The translations under genes were made by a program, and so were the position numbers. From Allobaculum fili (GTDB taxonomy: Bacteria > Bacillota_I > Bacilli_A > Erysipelotrichales > Erysipelotrichaceae): 12,045 bases of DNA. Each line of letters opens with the position of its first letter. Within the stretch, counting starts at the first letter, position 1. The notes under the pieces are model-generated. The model worked only from the letters and a program-made list of their open reading frames with translations, did no database searches and had not been told where the DNA came from. Below, in pieces: positions 1 through 7,794 of this stretch. Location of the stretch: NCBI RefSeq assembly GCF_020969955.1, contig NZ_JAHDSX010000057.1, positions 1 to 12,045 on the forward strand, given 5' to 3'.

Positions 1-23
1 CAATAGATTTTTAGAAAAAAGTG

Positions 24-44
24 AAAAAACTCGAATCATTCGAG
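24..44 (-). terminator. Small rho-independent terminator-like hairpin, minus-strand sense
   Basis: CTCGAA (30-35) pairs with TTCGAG (39-44), giving a 6-bp stem and 3-nt loop. A6 at 24-29 on the + strand becomes T6 directly after the hairpin on the - strand. The + strand has no comparable T-tract after it. Confidence 0.4.
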
Positions 45-60
45 ATTTGACTTGAAGAGT

Positions 61-100
61 AGAAAAAAGACCACATCACTGCTTAACGCTGATGTGGTCT
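61..100 (-). terminator. Rho-independent terminator, minus-strand sense
   Basis: Perfect 11-bp stem AGACCACATCA (68-78) / TGATGTGGTCT (90-100) with an 11-nt loop. The A-run at 63-68 on the + strand gives a trailing TTTTTTCT on the - strand. The + strand downstream (GAGAAATC) is not T-rich. Confidence 0.6.
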
Positions 101-503
101 GAGAAATCTTAACTTAATGACATTGCTTTTATAAAAGAGAAAAACTGCCTGGCCTGCGCAGACAAAACGAGAAAAATCGACATCTGAAAAAGACGATTGG
201 GCCTGTGAAAGTGCGGGAGCCGGGCAAAGAATGAAAAGGGAAGAAGTCTGGATAGAGTTGAAAAAAATCGGACAGTATGGCATTATGAAGACTCTGCCGG
301 ACTATAGTTCTTAAGCATATAAAACAATACAATGCGGTGAATAAATTCATAGAATCACGATTTCTTCTGTGGAAGTCTGATGTGATTGTTCTGTTATGAC
401 AGGGCTGTCGGAACAGCCGGCTGGTCTGCGCTTTTCCAATAAGACCATGCAAAACGCATCGCAAAGCCTGGCGGAAATTTCTAATCTTAAGGAAGGAGAA
501 ACC

Positions 504-2216
504 ATGAAACCTGAATCAGAATATCTTCTGATTATTGACGGGTCTTCACTTCTTGCAACCAGCTATTTTTCTTCTTTGCCCAAAGCCATCCGCAAGGAAA
601 AAGACGAGGAAAAAAAAGAGGAACTTTACTCGAAACTGTTAAAAAGAGACGCTGACGGCCGCTACTGCGACGCGATTGAAGCGTTTTTTCATACGATTTT
701 TACGATTCTGACGTACCAGAGGCCAACACATCTGGCGGTCTGCTGGGACGTAAACCGTCACACTTTCCGCAAATCCATGTGGCCCTCCTATAAATCCAAT
801 CGATCCAGTACGCCGACCCCTCTGGCCGAGCAGTATCAGACCGCCTACACCCTGTGTCAGGAACTTGGAATTGCCCAGTTTCAGCACCCGGATTATGAAG
901 CGGATGATTTTGCGGGCAGTCTGGCTGTGCAGATGGAAAAGCAGCTGCCGGTCCGCCTGCTGACGCGGGACAAGGACTACTTCCAGCTGATCAGTCCCCG
1001 CACCAAAATCTGGTACGGCATGTCCGACCGCGACAAAGTGCATGCCTGGCGCACCAAATACAATATGCCGGCCGGACTGCCCAGCCGGGTGGTCGAAGTG
1101 GACGACCAGGTTCTTGAAGGCGAGTTTGGCTACAGCGCCAGCTGCGTCTGCATGATGAAGGCGCTGATGGGCGACCGCTCCGATAATATTCCCGGCGTTC
1201 GCGGCATCGGGGAAACCCGCGCCGTCGCGCTCGCCCGTCATTATTCGAGTGTCGAAGACCTGTATCGGGCCATCGATCGCGCACAGGATCCCCGCGCACG
1301 CAAAACACTGTTTGCGACGTGGCGAAGCTGGGGCATTCGAAAGAATCCCTACTCATGTCTGACCCGCAAAGGCGGCGAGAATGCTCATTCCGCAAGGGAA
1401 ATGGCCGAGCTCTGCTACGTGCTGGGAAAAATGAAAACCGATCTCGTGCTCCCCATGCCCGGCGGCTATCCCGGCATGCGGCTGAAAAAGGAACACCTGC
1501 AGTTTTCGCTGAACGCACGCGATGCCCAGTCGATTTTGGAACAATATAATATTGAACTGAACATTCGCCTGCGCCCGTCCGCCCTCAAGCGTATGGAGGC
1601 GGCTTCTGCGTCGGCTCGATCGGCAAAAGGTTCGTCGGATTCCAGCCGCAAAAACGGCCGCTCGGGATCATCCAGTTCGCGTCCGAACCCCGTAAAGACA
1701 GCGGAAGGAAAGCGTTCGAATTCGAAAAAGCCGAATGTGCACGATCCGCGTACGAAAAAAACGTCCGCCTGGAACGGCAAGCCGGCTGGTAAGAAAAATG
1801 AGCGCAAAGCGGCCGAAACGGCCCGGATGGAATCGAGAAAAAACGATGGACGCCGCAAACCTTCGTATAAAAATTCGTCTGCCTCTTCACCAAAGGGAAA
1901 CTGGACGAAGAAAAACGGCTCCGGTCGCGTCCAGAACACGAAAAATGCAAACGCGTATTCTCCAAAACAGACGAAGTCGTCTTCAAAGTCTGGTGCGGCT
2001 ATGAACGAGACGAAAGCGATGAAAACGTCCAAAAACGCGCGCTCGTATCCAAACGGCCCCAGACGCTCTTACAGTGAGGGCCGCGTGCAGGAACCCGGAC
2101 GTTCGGCGGGTTCAAAACGAAGAAAAAAGGACGCGTATCCGTCCGCAAACGCGTCCTCCAAAATGACCGGAGCTTTGCCGGTTATGCAAGAAAGACCTCA
2201 GCTGTCTGATCAGTAA
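504..2216 (+). CDS. Stand-alone 5'-3' exonuclease (DNA Pol I N-terminal / FEN-family, YpcP/ExoR-like) with a long basic low-complexity C-terminal tail
   Basis: The translation shows the FEN/PIN-like acidic blocks LLIIDGSSL, CWDVNRHTFRKSMWPSYKSNR, DYEADDFAGSLA and LLTRDKDYFQLIS, plus the H3TH block GDRSDNIPGVRGIGETRAVALA. The ATG at 504 follows the RBS GGAAGGAG (491-498). The ORF-track start at 396 has no RBS. The last ~210 aa are K/R/S/N/G-rich. Confidence 0.85.
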   Translation: MKPESEYLLIIDGSSLLATSYFSSLPKAIRKEKDEEKKEELYSKLLKRDADGRYCDAIEAFFHTIFTILTYQRPTHLAVCWDVNRHTFRKSMWPSYKSNRSSTPTPLAEQYQTAYTLCQELGIAQFQHPDYEADDFAGSLAVQMEKQLPVRLLTRDKDYFQLISPRTKIWYGMSDRDKVHAWRTKYNMPAGLPSRVVEVDDQVLEGEFGYSASCVCMMKALMGDRSDNIPGVRGIGETRAVALARHYSSVEDLYRAIDRAQDPRARKTLFATWRSWGIRKNPYSCLTRKGGENAHSAREMAELCYVLGKMKTDLVLPMPGGYPGMRLKKEHLQFSLNARDAQSILEQYNIELNIRLRPSALKRMEAASASARSAKGSSDSSRKNGRSGSSSSRPNPVKTAEGKRSNSKKPNVHDPRTKKTSAWNGKPAGKKNERKAAETARMESRKNDGRRKPSYKNSSASSPKGNWTKKNGSGRVQNTKNANAYSPKQTKSSSKSGAAMNETKAMKTSKNARSYPNGPRRSYSEGRVQEPGRSAGSKRRKKDAYPSANASSKMTGALPVMQERPQLSDQ

Positions 2217-2257
2217 TCCAGCTGTTCAGACTGTACATATCAAATTCGAACGGACAG

Positions 2258-2285
2258 AGCCGGAGGAAAAACCTCCGGCTTTTTC
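2258..2285 (+). terminator. Rho-independent terminator of the exonuclease gene
   Basis: AGCCGGAGG (2258-2266) and CCTCCGGCT (2272-2280) form a GC-rich 9-bp stem with an A5 loop, followed by TTTTT. It lies 42 nt after the TAA stop. Confidence 0.8.
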
Positions 2286-2471
2286 CATGCATCTTTTCAT
2301 GGACAGAACCTGGTGCAGACTGCCTCTTTGTTTCTCAGAAAATCCAGGAGGCGACAGAGGCTGAAAGCTGTCTCCGGCAGGAGCGCTTCCGCAGCAGAAA
2401 AGACAGAGCGGAATAGCGATAAAAAGAAATCGACTGTCCGGCGAAGGCGCCAAAACCATGGGCGCTTCCCG

Positions 2472-2497
2472 TTGTTTGAGGCGGATCGTGCTATATT
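2472..2497 (+). promoter_or_regulatory. Candidate extended -10 promoter for the ktrBA leader
   Basis: TGcTATATT at 2489-2497 fits an extended -10 (TGnTATAAT-like). The nearest -35-like hexamer, TTGTTT (2472-2477), sits at a suboptimal 14-nt spacing. This is sequence resemblance only. Confidence 0.25.
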
Positions 2498-2777
2498 GTT
2501 GATGTCCTGCACGTTGGCAAAAAAGCAGAACTGCCAGAAATTTGCTTTTTTCAAAAGAAGAAATTTTCAGGGATGCCCGCCTCCATTTGAGAAACCGTCT
2601 GGATTCGGGTGTATCCTGCGGTATCGTTCTGCAGCGTTCGTATTCCCTTTGAAATGATTTGAAGGGCATGCGTTTTCTGTCGCTTTGCAGGGTTTTGTTT
2701 TCCCGTCGAGCCTGGACTCGATGGTCACAAGGATATCTGGTATGACATTTCTAAGGAAAAAAAGGTTAGGCTTTACG

Positions 2778-4079
2778 ATGCACAAGTGGTTTAACCGGAC
2801 GCCCCAGGCCAGACTTCTGGCCGGCGGCTTTGGTCTGGTCATTCTGATCGGCGCCATCCTTCTCATGCTTCCCATTTCACTGATGCCGGGAAAGCAGCTG
2901 AATTTTCTGGATGCGCTGTTTGAAGCCACGAGTGCCGTATGCGTAACGGGTCTGACGGTAGTCGTCCCCGGACAGACCTTCAATTTGTTTGGACGATTCG
3001 TTCTGGCGATTCTGATCCAGATCGGCGGTATGGGCGTTGTCCTGCTGGGCATTTTGCTCATACGCGTCGCTGGCGGCAAAATGGGTCTGAAAACGCGGTC
3101 CCTGTTTGTCGCCGCCCAAAATCTGACCGACTATTTCGATTTGCAGAAGCTGGCGACGATCATTTTGCGCATCACCTTTACGTTCGAAGCCATCGGCGCG
3201 ATCTGCCTGTGGTTTCCGCTCATGCGCTACTTTAATCCGCTTCAGGCATTTGGCCATGCCTGCTTTCTTTCCGTTTCCGCGTTTAACAACGCCGGCTTTG
3301 ACGTGTTTGCAGGCGGGGATTCGCTGATTCCCTTTGCGGGAGACGTCGCTTTCTGCATGACGATTTCCATTCTGGTTATTATCGGAAGCTTCGGCTTTCT
3401 GGCGCTGATCGATTTGTGGAAGAAAAAATTCTGCTGGCGCAAGCTGTCGCTGACGACGAAGATCGCCGCGTTCATGACGGTCTTCCTGCTCAGTGCCGGA
3501 ACGATTCTGCTGAAGTTCACGACCGGACAGACGTGGCTCGAAGCCTGGTTTCAGTCGGTCATTGCCCGAACCGCCGGCTTCGCGTCCTATCCGCTTTCCG
3601 CGTTTTCCAACGGCGCGCTGCTGGTATTCATCGTTCTGATGTTTATCGGCGCCTCGCCAAACTCGACGGGCGGCGGTATTAAAACGACAACCGCCTTTGT
3701 GATCGGCCTGAAAGCCATCTCCTCGAGTACGGCCCATGATGAGGACAGCTGCTTTTTCCGCAAAGTCCCCAATCTGGTATTCACGCAGGCATTCACCGTT
3801 CTCTTTTACGGACTGATGGTCGTCTTTATCGCGACCTTTCTGATCTGTGTAGCCGAAAGCCATCTCGCGCTTTCTGACGTGCTGACGGAAGTCGTCAGCG
3901 CCTTTGCGACCGTCGGAAGCAGTACCGGCATTACCGCGTCGCTGCAGCCGGTATCGCGTGTGATTCTGATTGTCGTCATGTTTACCGGCCGACTTGGTCC
4001 GGTGACCATTGCCAACCTGCTCGTGACCAGCCGCGCCCATTCCGCTTCGTTCACCGAAGAAAATGTGCTGATCGGCTGA
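2778..4079 (+). CDS. ktrB: K+ transporter membrane subunit, KtrB/TrkH family
   Basis: A polytopic hydrophobic protein with four pore-loop glycine motifs (SAVCVTGLTV, SAFNNAGFDV, IARTAGFAS, FATVGSSTG) and a GRLGPVT C-terminal block. It is colinear with B. subtilis KtrB as I recall it. Start chosen at ATG 2778 (MHKWFNRTPQ...). The ORF-track start at 2685 is a TTG, and 2742 is another possible ATG. Confidence 0.88.
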   Translation: MHKWFNRTPQARLLAGGFGLVILIGAILLMLPISLMPGKQLNFLDALFEATSAVCVTGLTVVVPGQTFNLFGRFVLAILIQIGGMGVVLLGILLIRVAGGKMGLKTRSLFVAAQNLTDYFDLQKLATIILRITFTFEAIGAICLWFPLMRYFNPLQAFGHACFLSVSAFNNAGFDVFAGGDSLIPFAGDVAFCMTISILVIIGSFGFLALIDLWKKKFCWRKLSLTTKIAAFMTVFLLSAGTILLKFTTGQTWLEAWFQSVIARTAGFASYPLSAFSNGALLVFIVLMFIGASPNSTGGGIKTTTAFVIGLKAISSSTAHDEDSCFFRKVPNLVFTQAFTVLFYGLMVVFIATFLICVAESHLALSDVLTEVVSAFATVGSSTGITASLQPVSRVILIVVMFTGRLGPVTIANLLVTSRAHSASFTEENVLIG

Positions 4080-4210
4080 TCCATAAGATAAAGAAAAACT
4101 GCCCGCCCAGAATGGACAGGCAGCCGGTATAGAAATGAAGCCCGTGACGGAATCGGTAAAAATGCGTTCCGCGAGGCTGGAAAAGTGTTTTTGGGGAAGG
4201 AAGATACTTC

Positions 4211-4912
4211 ATGTTCTTTAAGCAAAACAAACAGGAAAAATCGATCGAGATGCCCTCGCAGGGCACATTCGTCATAATCGGGCTGGGCCGTTTTGGTTCC
4301 GCCGTTGCGCAGACGCTCGTTGCCAACGGGCAGGAAGTCATCATTGTCGATAAAGATCCGGATCGCGTACGGGAACTGCGCTATCTGACGGATTACGCCT
4401 ATGTCATCAATCATCTCGATCAGAAATCGCTCGAAGAAATCGGTGTGGCCGACTGCAGCGCCGCGATCATCGCGATCGGTTCGCAGATGGATGCCAACAT
4501 TCTGGCGACGCTCTACTGCCTGAATCTGAAAGTGCCTACGGTCATCGCCAAAGCCAACTCCAAGGACCAGGGATCGATTCTCGAAAAGATCGGCGCGAAA
4601 GCCGTCTACCCGGAATGGGAGATGGGGGAGCGGCTGGCCAACCAGCTGTCCAACAAGCGCGTCATCGATTACTTCTCTGTATCGGGAAATATCGATATCG
4701 CCCAGATCGAAGTGCCGCACAATTTCATCGGCAAGCCGCTGAAAGATCTCGCACTTCGACAGAAATACGGCATCTCGATTATCGCCATTCAGAAAGGCGA
4801 TGAAACGATCGAGGAAATTGATCCGAACTACGTATTCGAAGACAATGAAACGATCATCGTCATCGGATCCAACGAAAATATCCGCGTTTTCGAACAATCC
4901 AACGCAGACTGA
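4211..4912 (+). CDS. ktrA: K+ uptake peripheral regulatory subunit, KtrA/TrkA (RCK_N + RCK_C)
   Basis: Rossmann motif IIGLGRFGSAVAQTL...VIIVDKD, followed by an RCK_C-like C-terminal half (IEVPHNFIGKPLKDL...ISIIAIQKGDE). RBS GGAAGGAAG lies 8 nt upstream of the ATG. Size is about 233 aa and the gene sits next to ktrB. Confidence 0.9.
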   Translation: MFFKQNKQEKSIEMPSQGTFVIIGLGRFGSAVAQTLVANGQEVIIVDKDPDRVRELRYLTDYAYVINHLDQKSLEEIGVADCSAAIIAIGSQMDANILATLYCLNLKVPTVIAKANSKDQGSILEKIGAKAVYPEWEMGERLANQLSNKRVIDYFSVSGNIDIAQIEVPHNFIGKPLKDLALRQKYGISIIAIQKGDETIEEIDPNYVFEDNETIIVIGSNENIRVFEQSNAD

Positions 4913-4922
4913 TTCAATGGAC

Positions 4923-4988
4923 GGCAGAAGGCTGGTGCAGACAGAACAGAAGAATTTGTTCTGTACCGGATTTCTGCCATCTTTGTTT
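4923..4988 (+). terminator. Extended hairpin terminator after ktrA
   Basis: Inner perfect 8-bp stem ACAGAACA (4941-4948) / TGTTCTGT (4957-4964). Outer 7-bp stem GGCAGAA (4923-4929) / TTCTGCC (4972-4978). Followed by the T-rich ATCTTTGTTTG. Confidence 0.55.
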
Positions 4989-5031
4989 GATAGAATAATA
5001 CGAAGTTAATCCAAAGAAAGGAGCGATCTCT

Positions 5032-5895
5032 GTGGAAAAACAGCTTGTCCTCGTTACCGGCATGTCCGGTGCGGGTAAAACCTCTGCCATGAATGCGCTC
5101 GCCGATCTTGGCTACAACTGCATTGACAACTTCCCGAAGGAGCTTTTGAACTCTCTGGAAAAACTGATGGAAAGCGATGATCCGGCTTACGACCGTCTGG
5201 CTCTGACGGCGTCGAGTCAGGACTACGTCGATTTCATGAACTTCTTTGACGCCCTCAGCCGTCCGCTGCAGGTGATCTTTGTGGATGCCAGCGATGAAGA
5301 ACTGCTGCTGCGCTACCGCTTTACGCGCCGCATGCATCCGCTGCTTCTGAAAAATCAGGCGTCCACGCTCGAAGAAGCGATTGAGCTCGAACGCGATTCC
5401 TTTAAAAATCTTGAAGAAAACATGAAGGATACCCTTCACCTCGATACCACGCGGCTGACCCCGCAGGCGCTGGTCAACGCGCTCAAACCGTATTTCAAAA
5501 ACCCGACCGAACCGGAATTTGCGATTACGTTCCAGTCGTTTGGGTTCAAGCACGGCGTGCCGATGGATGCCGATGAAATTATCGACGTCCGCTTTCTGCC
5601 CAACCCGTTTTATGAACCGGCCCTCAAGGATCTGACGGGCAATGACGAAAAAGTGTACAAGTACGTCATGGAACGCGAAGAAACCCGGGAATTCAGCCGG
5701 CGTCTGAAAGACTATCTCGACTTCGTGTTTGAAGCCTACCGTTCGCAGAACAAGAACCACATCATCGTGGCGATCGGCTGTACGGGCGGTCAGCACCGTT
5801 CGGTCAGCGTCTGCAACTGGCTCAATGAACAGTACAGGAAGGAGTACAAGACGTACTGCTTCCATCGCGATGCCGTCAAGGAGGATGAAGCATGA
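5032..5895 (+). CDS. rapZ: RNase adapter / nucleotide-binding protein RapZ (YvcJ)
   Basis: GTG start after RBS AAAGGAG. Walker A motif GMSGAGKTS, and the C-terminal signatures DVRFLPNPF and GCTGGQHRSV. Conserved position upstream of yvcK-whiA. Confidence 0.93.
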   Translation: MEKQLVLVTGMSGAGKTSAMNALADLGYNCIDNFPKELLNSLEKLMESDDPAYDRLALTASSQDYVDFMNFFDALSRPLQVIFVDASDEELLLRYRFTRRMHPLLLKNQASTLEEAIELERDSFKNLEENMKDTLHLDTTRLTPQALVNALKPYFKNPTEPEFAITFQSFGFKHGVPMDADEIIDVRFLPNPFYEPALKDLTGNDEKVYKYVMEREETREFSRRLKDYLDFVFEAYRSQNKNHIIVAIGCTGGQHRSVSVCNWLNEQYRKEYKTYCFHRDAVKEDEA

Positions 5896-6869
5896 AAAAT
5901 GTGGTAGTCATTGGCGGTGGTACTGGTCTTTCCGCGATGATGAGCGGTCTCAAGCATCTCGAAGATGTCTCGCTCACGGCCGTCATCACCGTAGCGGATG
6001 ACGGCGGATCCACCGGGAGGCTGCGCGATATTTACCATACTCCAGCCATGGGCGATATCCGCCATGTTCTCTGCGCCATGGCGGAAGTCGAAGATGACCA
6101 CCTGTTCGCGGATTTGATGAACTTCCGTTTCAGCGGATCAAGCGACATCGGCGGTCATCAGCTGGGCAATCTGATCTTTCTGGCGCTTATGGACATTACC
6201 GGCTCCTTCATGGGCGCCGTACAGGCCATTTCCAAAGTCCTGAAAGTACGAGGCAACATTTTGCCCTCTACCCTCGACAACGCGATTCTTTACGCTCTGA
6301 TGGCGGACGGAACGCTCGTTCGCGGGGAAAAGAACATTCCAAATACGAACAACTCGATTTCGCGCGTGTACTACGTCGACGAAATTCATGCCTACGATAA
6401 AGCGATCACGGCCATCGAACAGGCGGATCTGATCATTTACGGAATCGGCTCTCTTTACACTTCAATTTTGCCCAACCTGATCATTCAGGATGTCGGCAAG
6501 GCAATCGCAGACAGCCCGGTTCCCAAAGTGTATTTCTGCAACGCGATGACGCAGCCCGGCGAAACCGACGGCTTTTCCGCGGAAGATCACGTTCGCGCCA
6601 TTGAAAAGCACACGTTTAAAAATTCCGTCGATCTGCTCGTGATCAATTCGCAGCCCATTCCGCAGGAAACGCTGGACCGCTACGCCAAGCAGGCAAGCTA
6701 TCCCGTCACCTTGAAGGAAAGCGACCATACGTACGCCATCCTGGAAGAAAAGCTGTCCATCGTGGATGAAAACGGACGGATCCGTCATGACAGCGACGCT
6801 ATCGCCCGCAGCGTACAGACCATTCTGAACACGCTTGACGAAGGGAAAGAAAATGTCGTTTTCAAGTGA
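5892..6869 (+). CDS. yvcK: YvcK/GlmR-type gluconeogenesis factor (CofD-like, UPF0052)
   Basis: N-terminal VVIGGGTGLS, then TVADDGGSTGRLR and GNLIFLAL blocks. Its ATG overlaps the rapZ stop (ATGA at 5892-5895). Confidence 0.93.
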   Translation: MKNVVVIGGGTGLSAMMSGLKHLEDVSLTAVITVADDGGSTGRLRDIYHTPAMGDIRHVLCAMAEVEDDHLFADLMNFRFSGSSDIGGHQLGNLIFLALMDITGSFMGAVQAISKVLKVRGNILPSTLDNAILYALMADGTLVRGEKNIPNTNNSISRVYYVDEIHAYDKAITAIEQADLIIYGIGSLYTSILPNLIIQDVGKAIADSPVPKVYFCNAMTQPGETDGFSAEDHVRAIEKHTFKNSVDLLVINSQPIPQETLDRYAKQASYPVTLKESDHTYAILEEKLSIVDENGRIRHDSDAIARSVQTILNTLDEGKENVVFK

Positions 6870-7794
6870 TGTCAAAGCCGAGATCAGCAAGCTTTCCTTT
6901 TCCGGCGCACAGGCAAGGGCGATGCTTTGCGCGCTGTTTCTTTCGAGAGCTTCGCTGAACTGGAATTCGCAGGGAACCTGGCTTTCCTTTCAGACGGAAA
7001 ATGCCTCCATTGCCAAGCTGGTGTTCCAGCTTCTGAAAAACGAGTATCAGGTCGATATCCAGCTTTCCACGCTGAAAAAGATGAATCTGAAAAAGAACAA
7101 CGTCTACCGGCTGATGGTGTATGAACAGGCTTCGGACATCCTCGAAGATCTGGGCATTTTGCGCGAAAGCGGCCTGTACAGCGTGCCGCCGTATACGATG
7201 GTGCGTTCCGAGAAAAACGCGCGGGCTTTTATTCAGGGTCTGTTTCTGGCCTCCGGCAGCATCAACTCGCCAAAGACGGCCAATTACCATCTGGAAATGA
7301 ATCTGCCTTCGCAGGAGCTGGCGCAGATGACGATCAAGCTGATGAACCGCTTTTACATTCCGGCCAAACTGCTGACGCCGAAAAAGGGCTTTGTCGTCTA
7401 TACGAAAGCCGGAGACAAGATCGCGGATTTTCTGCGTCTTCTGGGCGCCAGCCAGTCGCTGTTCGAATTTGAAGGCCAGCGCATTCAGCGCGACTTTTAC
7501 AATCAGCTGACCCGTCTGGACAACTGCGAAGTAGCCAACGAGATGAAAACGCAGAAAGCCGCCAGCGAACAGCTCGTCTGGATTGCGACGATCGAAGAGC
7601 GCGGCATCAAGGTGCCGATGAAAATTTCCAACGTCATGGAAGCGCGCAAGCAAAATCCGGAAGCGTCCACGCTGGAGCTTTGCGACGCGGTTTTTGATCT
7701 CTTTGGAGAAAAGATTTCCAAATCGGGTATGAAGCACCGTCTCGCGAAAATCCGCGAACTGGCTTGTCCGCAAAAGGAAGAAGCAGGCGTATGA
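6853..7794 (+). CDS. whiA: DNA-binding sporulation/cell-division regulator WhiA
   Basis: Typical WhiA N-terminus MSFSSDVKAEISKL, a LAGLIDADG-like middle (FIQGLFLASGSINSP) and a C-terminal HTH region. The ATG at 6853 follows GAAGGGAAAG. The ORF-track start at 6835 is a TTG. It overlaps the yvcK end by 17 nt. Confidence 0.92.
   Translation: MSFSSDVKAEISKLSFSGAQARAMLCALFLSRASLNWNSQGTWLSFQTENASIAKLVFQLLKNEYQVDIQLSTLKKMNLKKNNVYRLMVYEQASDILEDLGILRESGLYSVPPYTMVRSEKNARAFIQGLFLASGSINSPKTANYHLEMNLPSQELAQMTIKLMNRFYIPAKLLTPKKGFVVYTKAGDKIADFLRLLGASQSLFEFEGQRIQRDFYNQLTRLDNCEVANEMKTQKAASEQLVWIATIEERGIKVPMKISNVMEARKQNPEASTLELCDAVFDLFGEKISKSGMKHRLAKIRELACPQKEEAGV

Noticed and set aside
83-464. Minus-strand ORFs of 66 aa (83-283) and 111 aa (129-464)
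   Set aside because: No RBS and implausible composition (Cys/Phe/Ser/Arg-rich, no domain-like pattern). The 66-aa ORF reads into the terminator loop. The + strand here is purine-rich, which keeps the - strand frames open.
448-476. A 10-nt match, CGCAAAGCCT (460-469), to the GEMM-I c-di-GMP riboswitch core, just upstream of the exonuclease RBS
   Set aside because: There is no P2 hairpin with a GNRA tetraloop between GCAAAAC and CGCAAAGCC. There is also no downstream partner for a P3 stem (no CCGCCA). It is an isolated short match and probably chance.
639-2032. Antisense and alternate-frame ORFs inside the exonuclease gene (639-1241, 991-1518, 1466-2032, 1585-1986 on -; 1319-1549, 1735-2004 on +)
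   Set aside because: All are embedded in a gene with clear FEN-family motifs. The translations are Arg/Gly/Pro/Phe-rich low-information strings, typical of shadow frames. The T-poor tail region suppresses stop codons in several frames.
2226-2669. ORFs in the ktrB leader (147 aa and 85 aa on -, 114 aa on +)
   Set aside because: The 147-aa ORF runs through the exonuclease terminator hairpin. The 114-aa + ORF is an Arg/Lys/Ser string with no RBS. None shows a domain-like pattern.
2286-2777. c-di-AMP (ydaO-yuaA) riboswitch upstream of ktrB, expected from the gene context
   Set aside because: The conserved blocks I know for this class are absent on the + strand: the GGGGA..CC and GGGGUGAAUC-type segments and ...CCCGxCAGCUAACCUCG... 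. The only faint resemblance is ACCCGAATCC, the reverse complement of 2601-2610. It is on the wrong strand and lacks the CAGCTAAC continuation.
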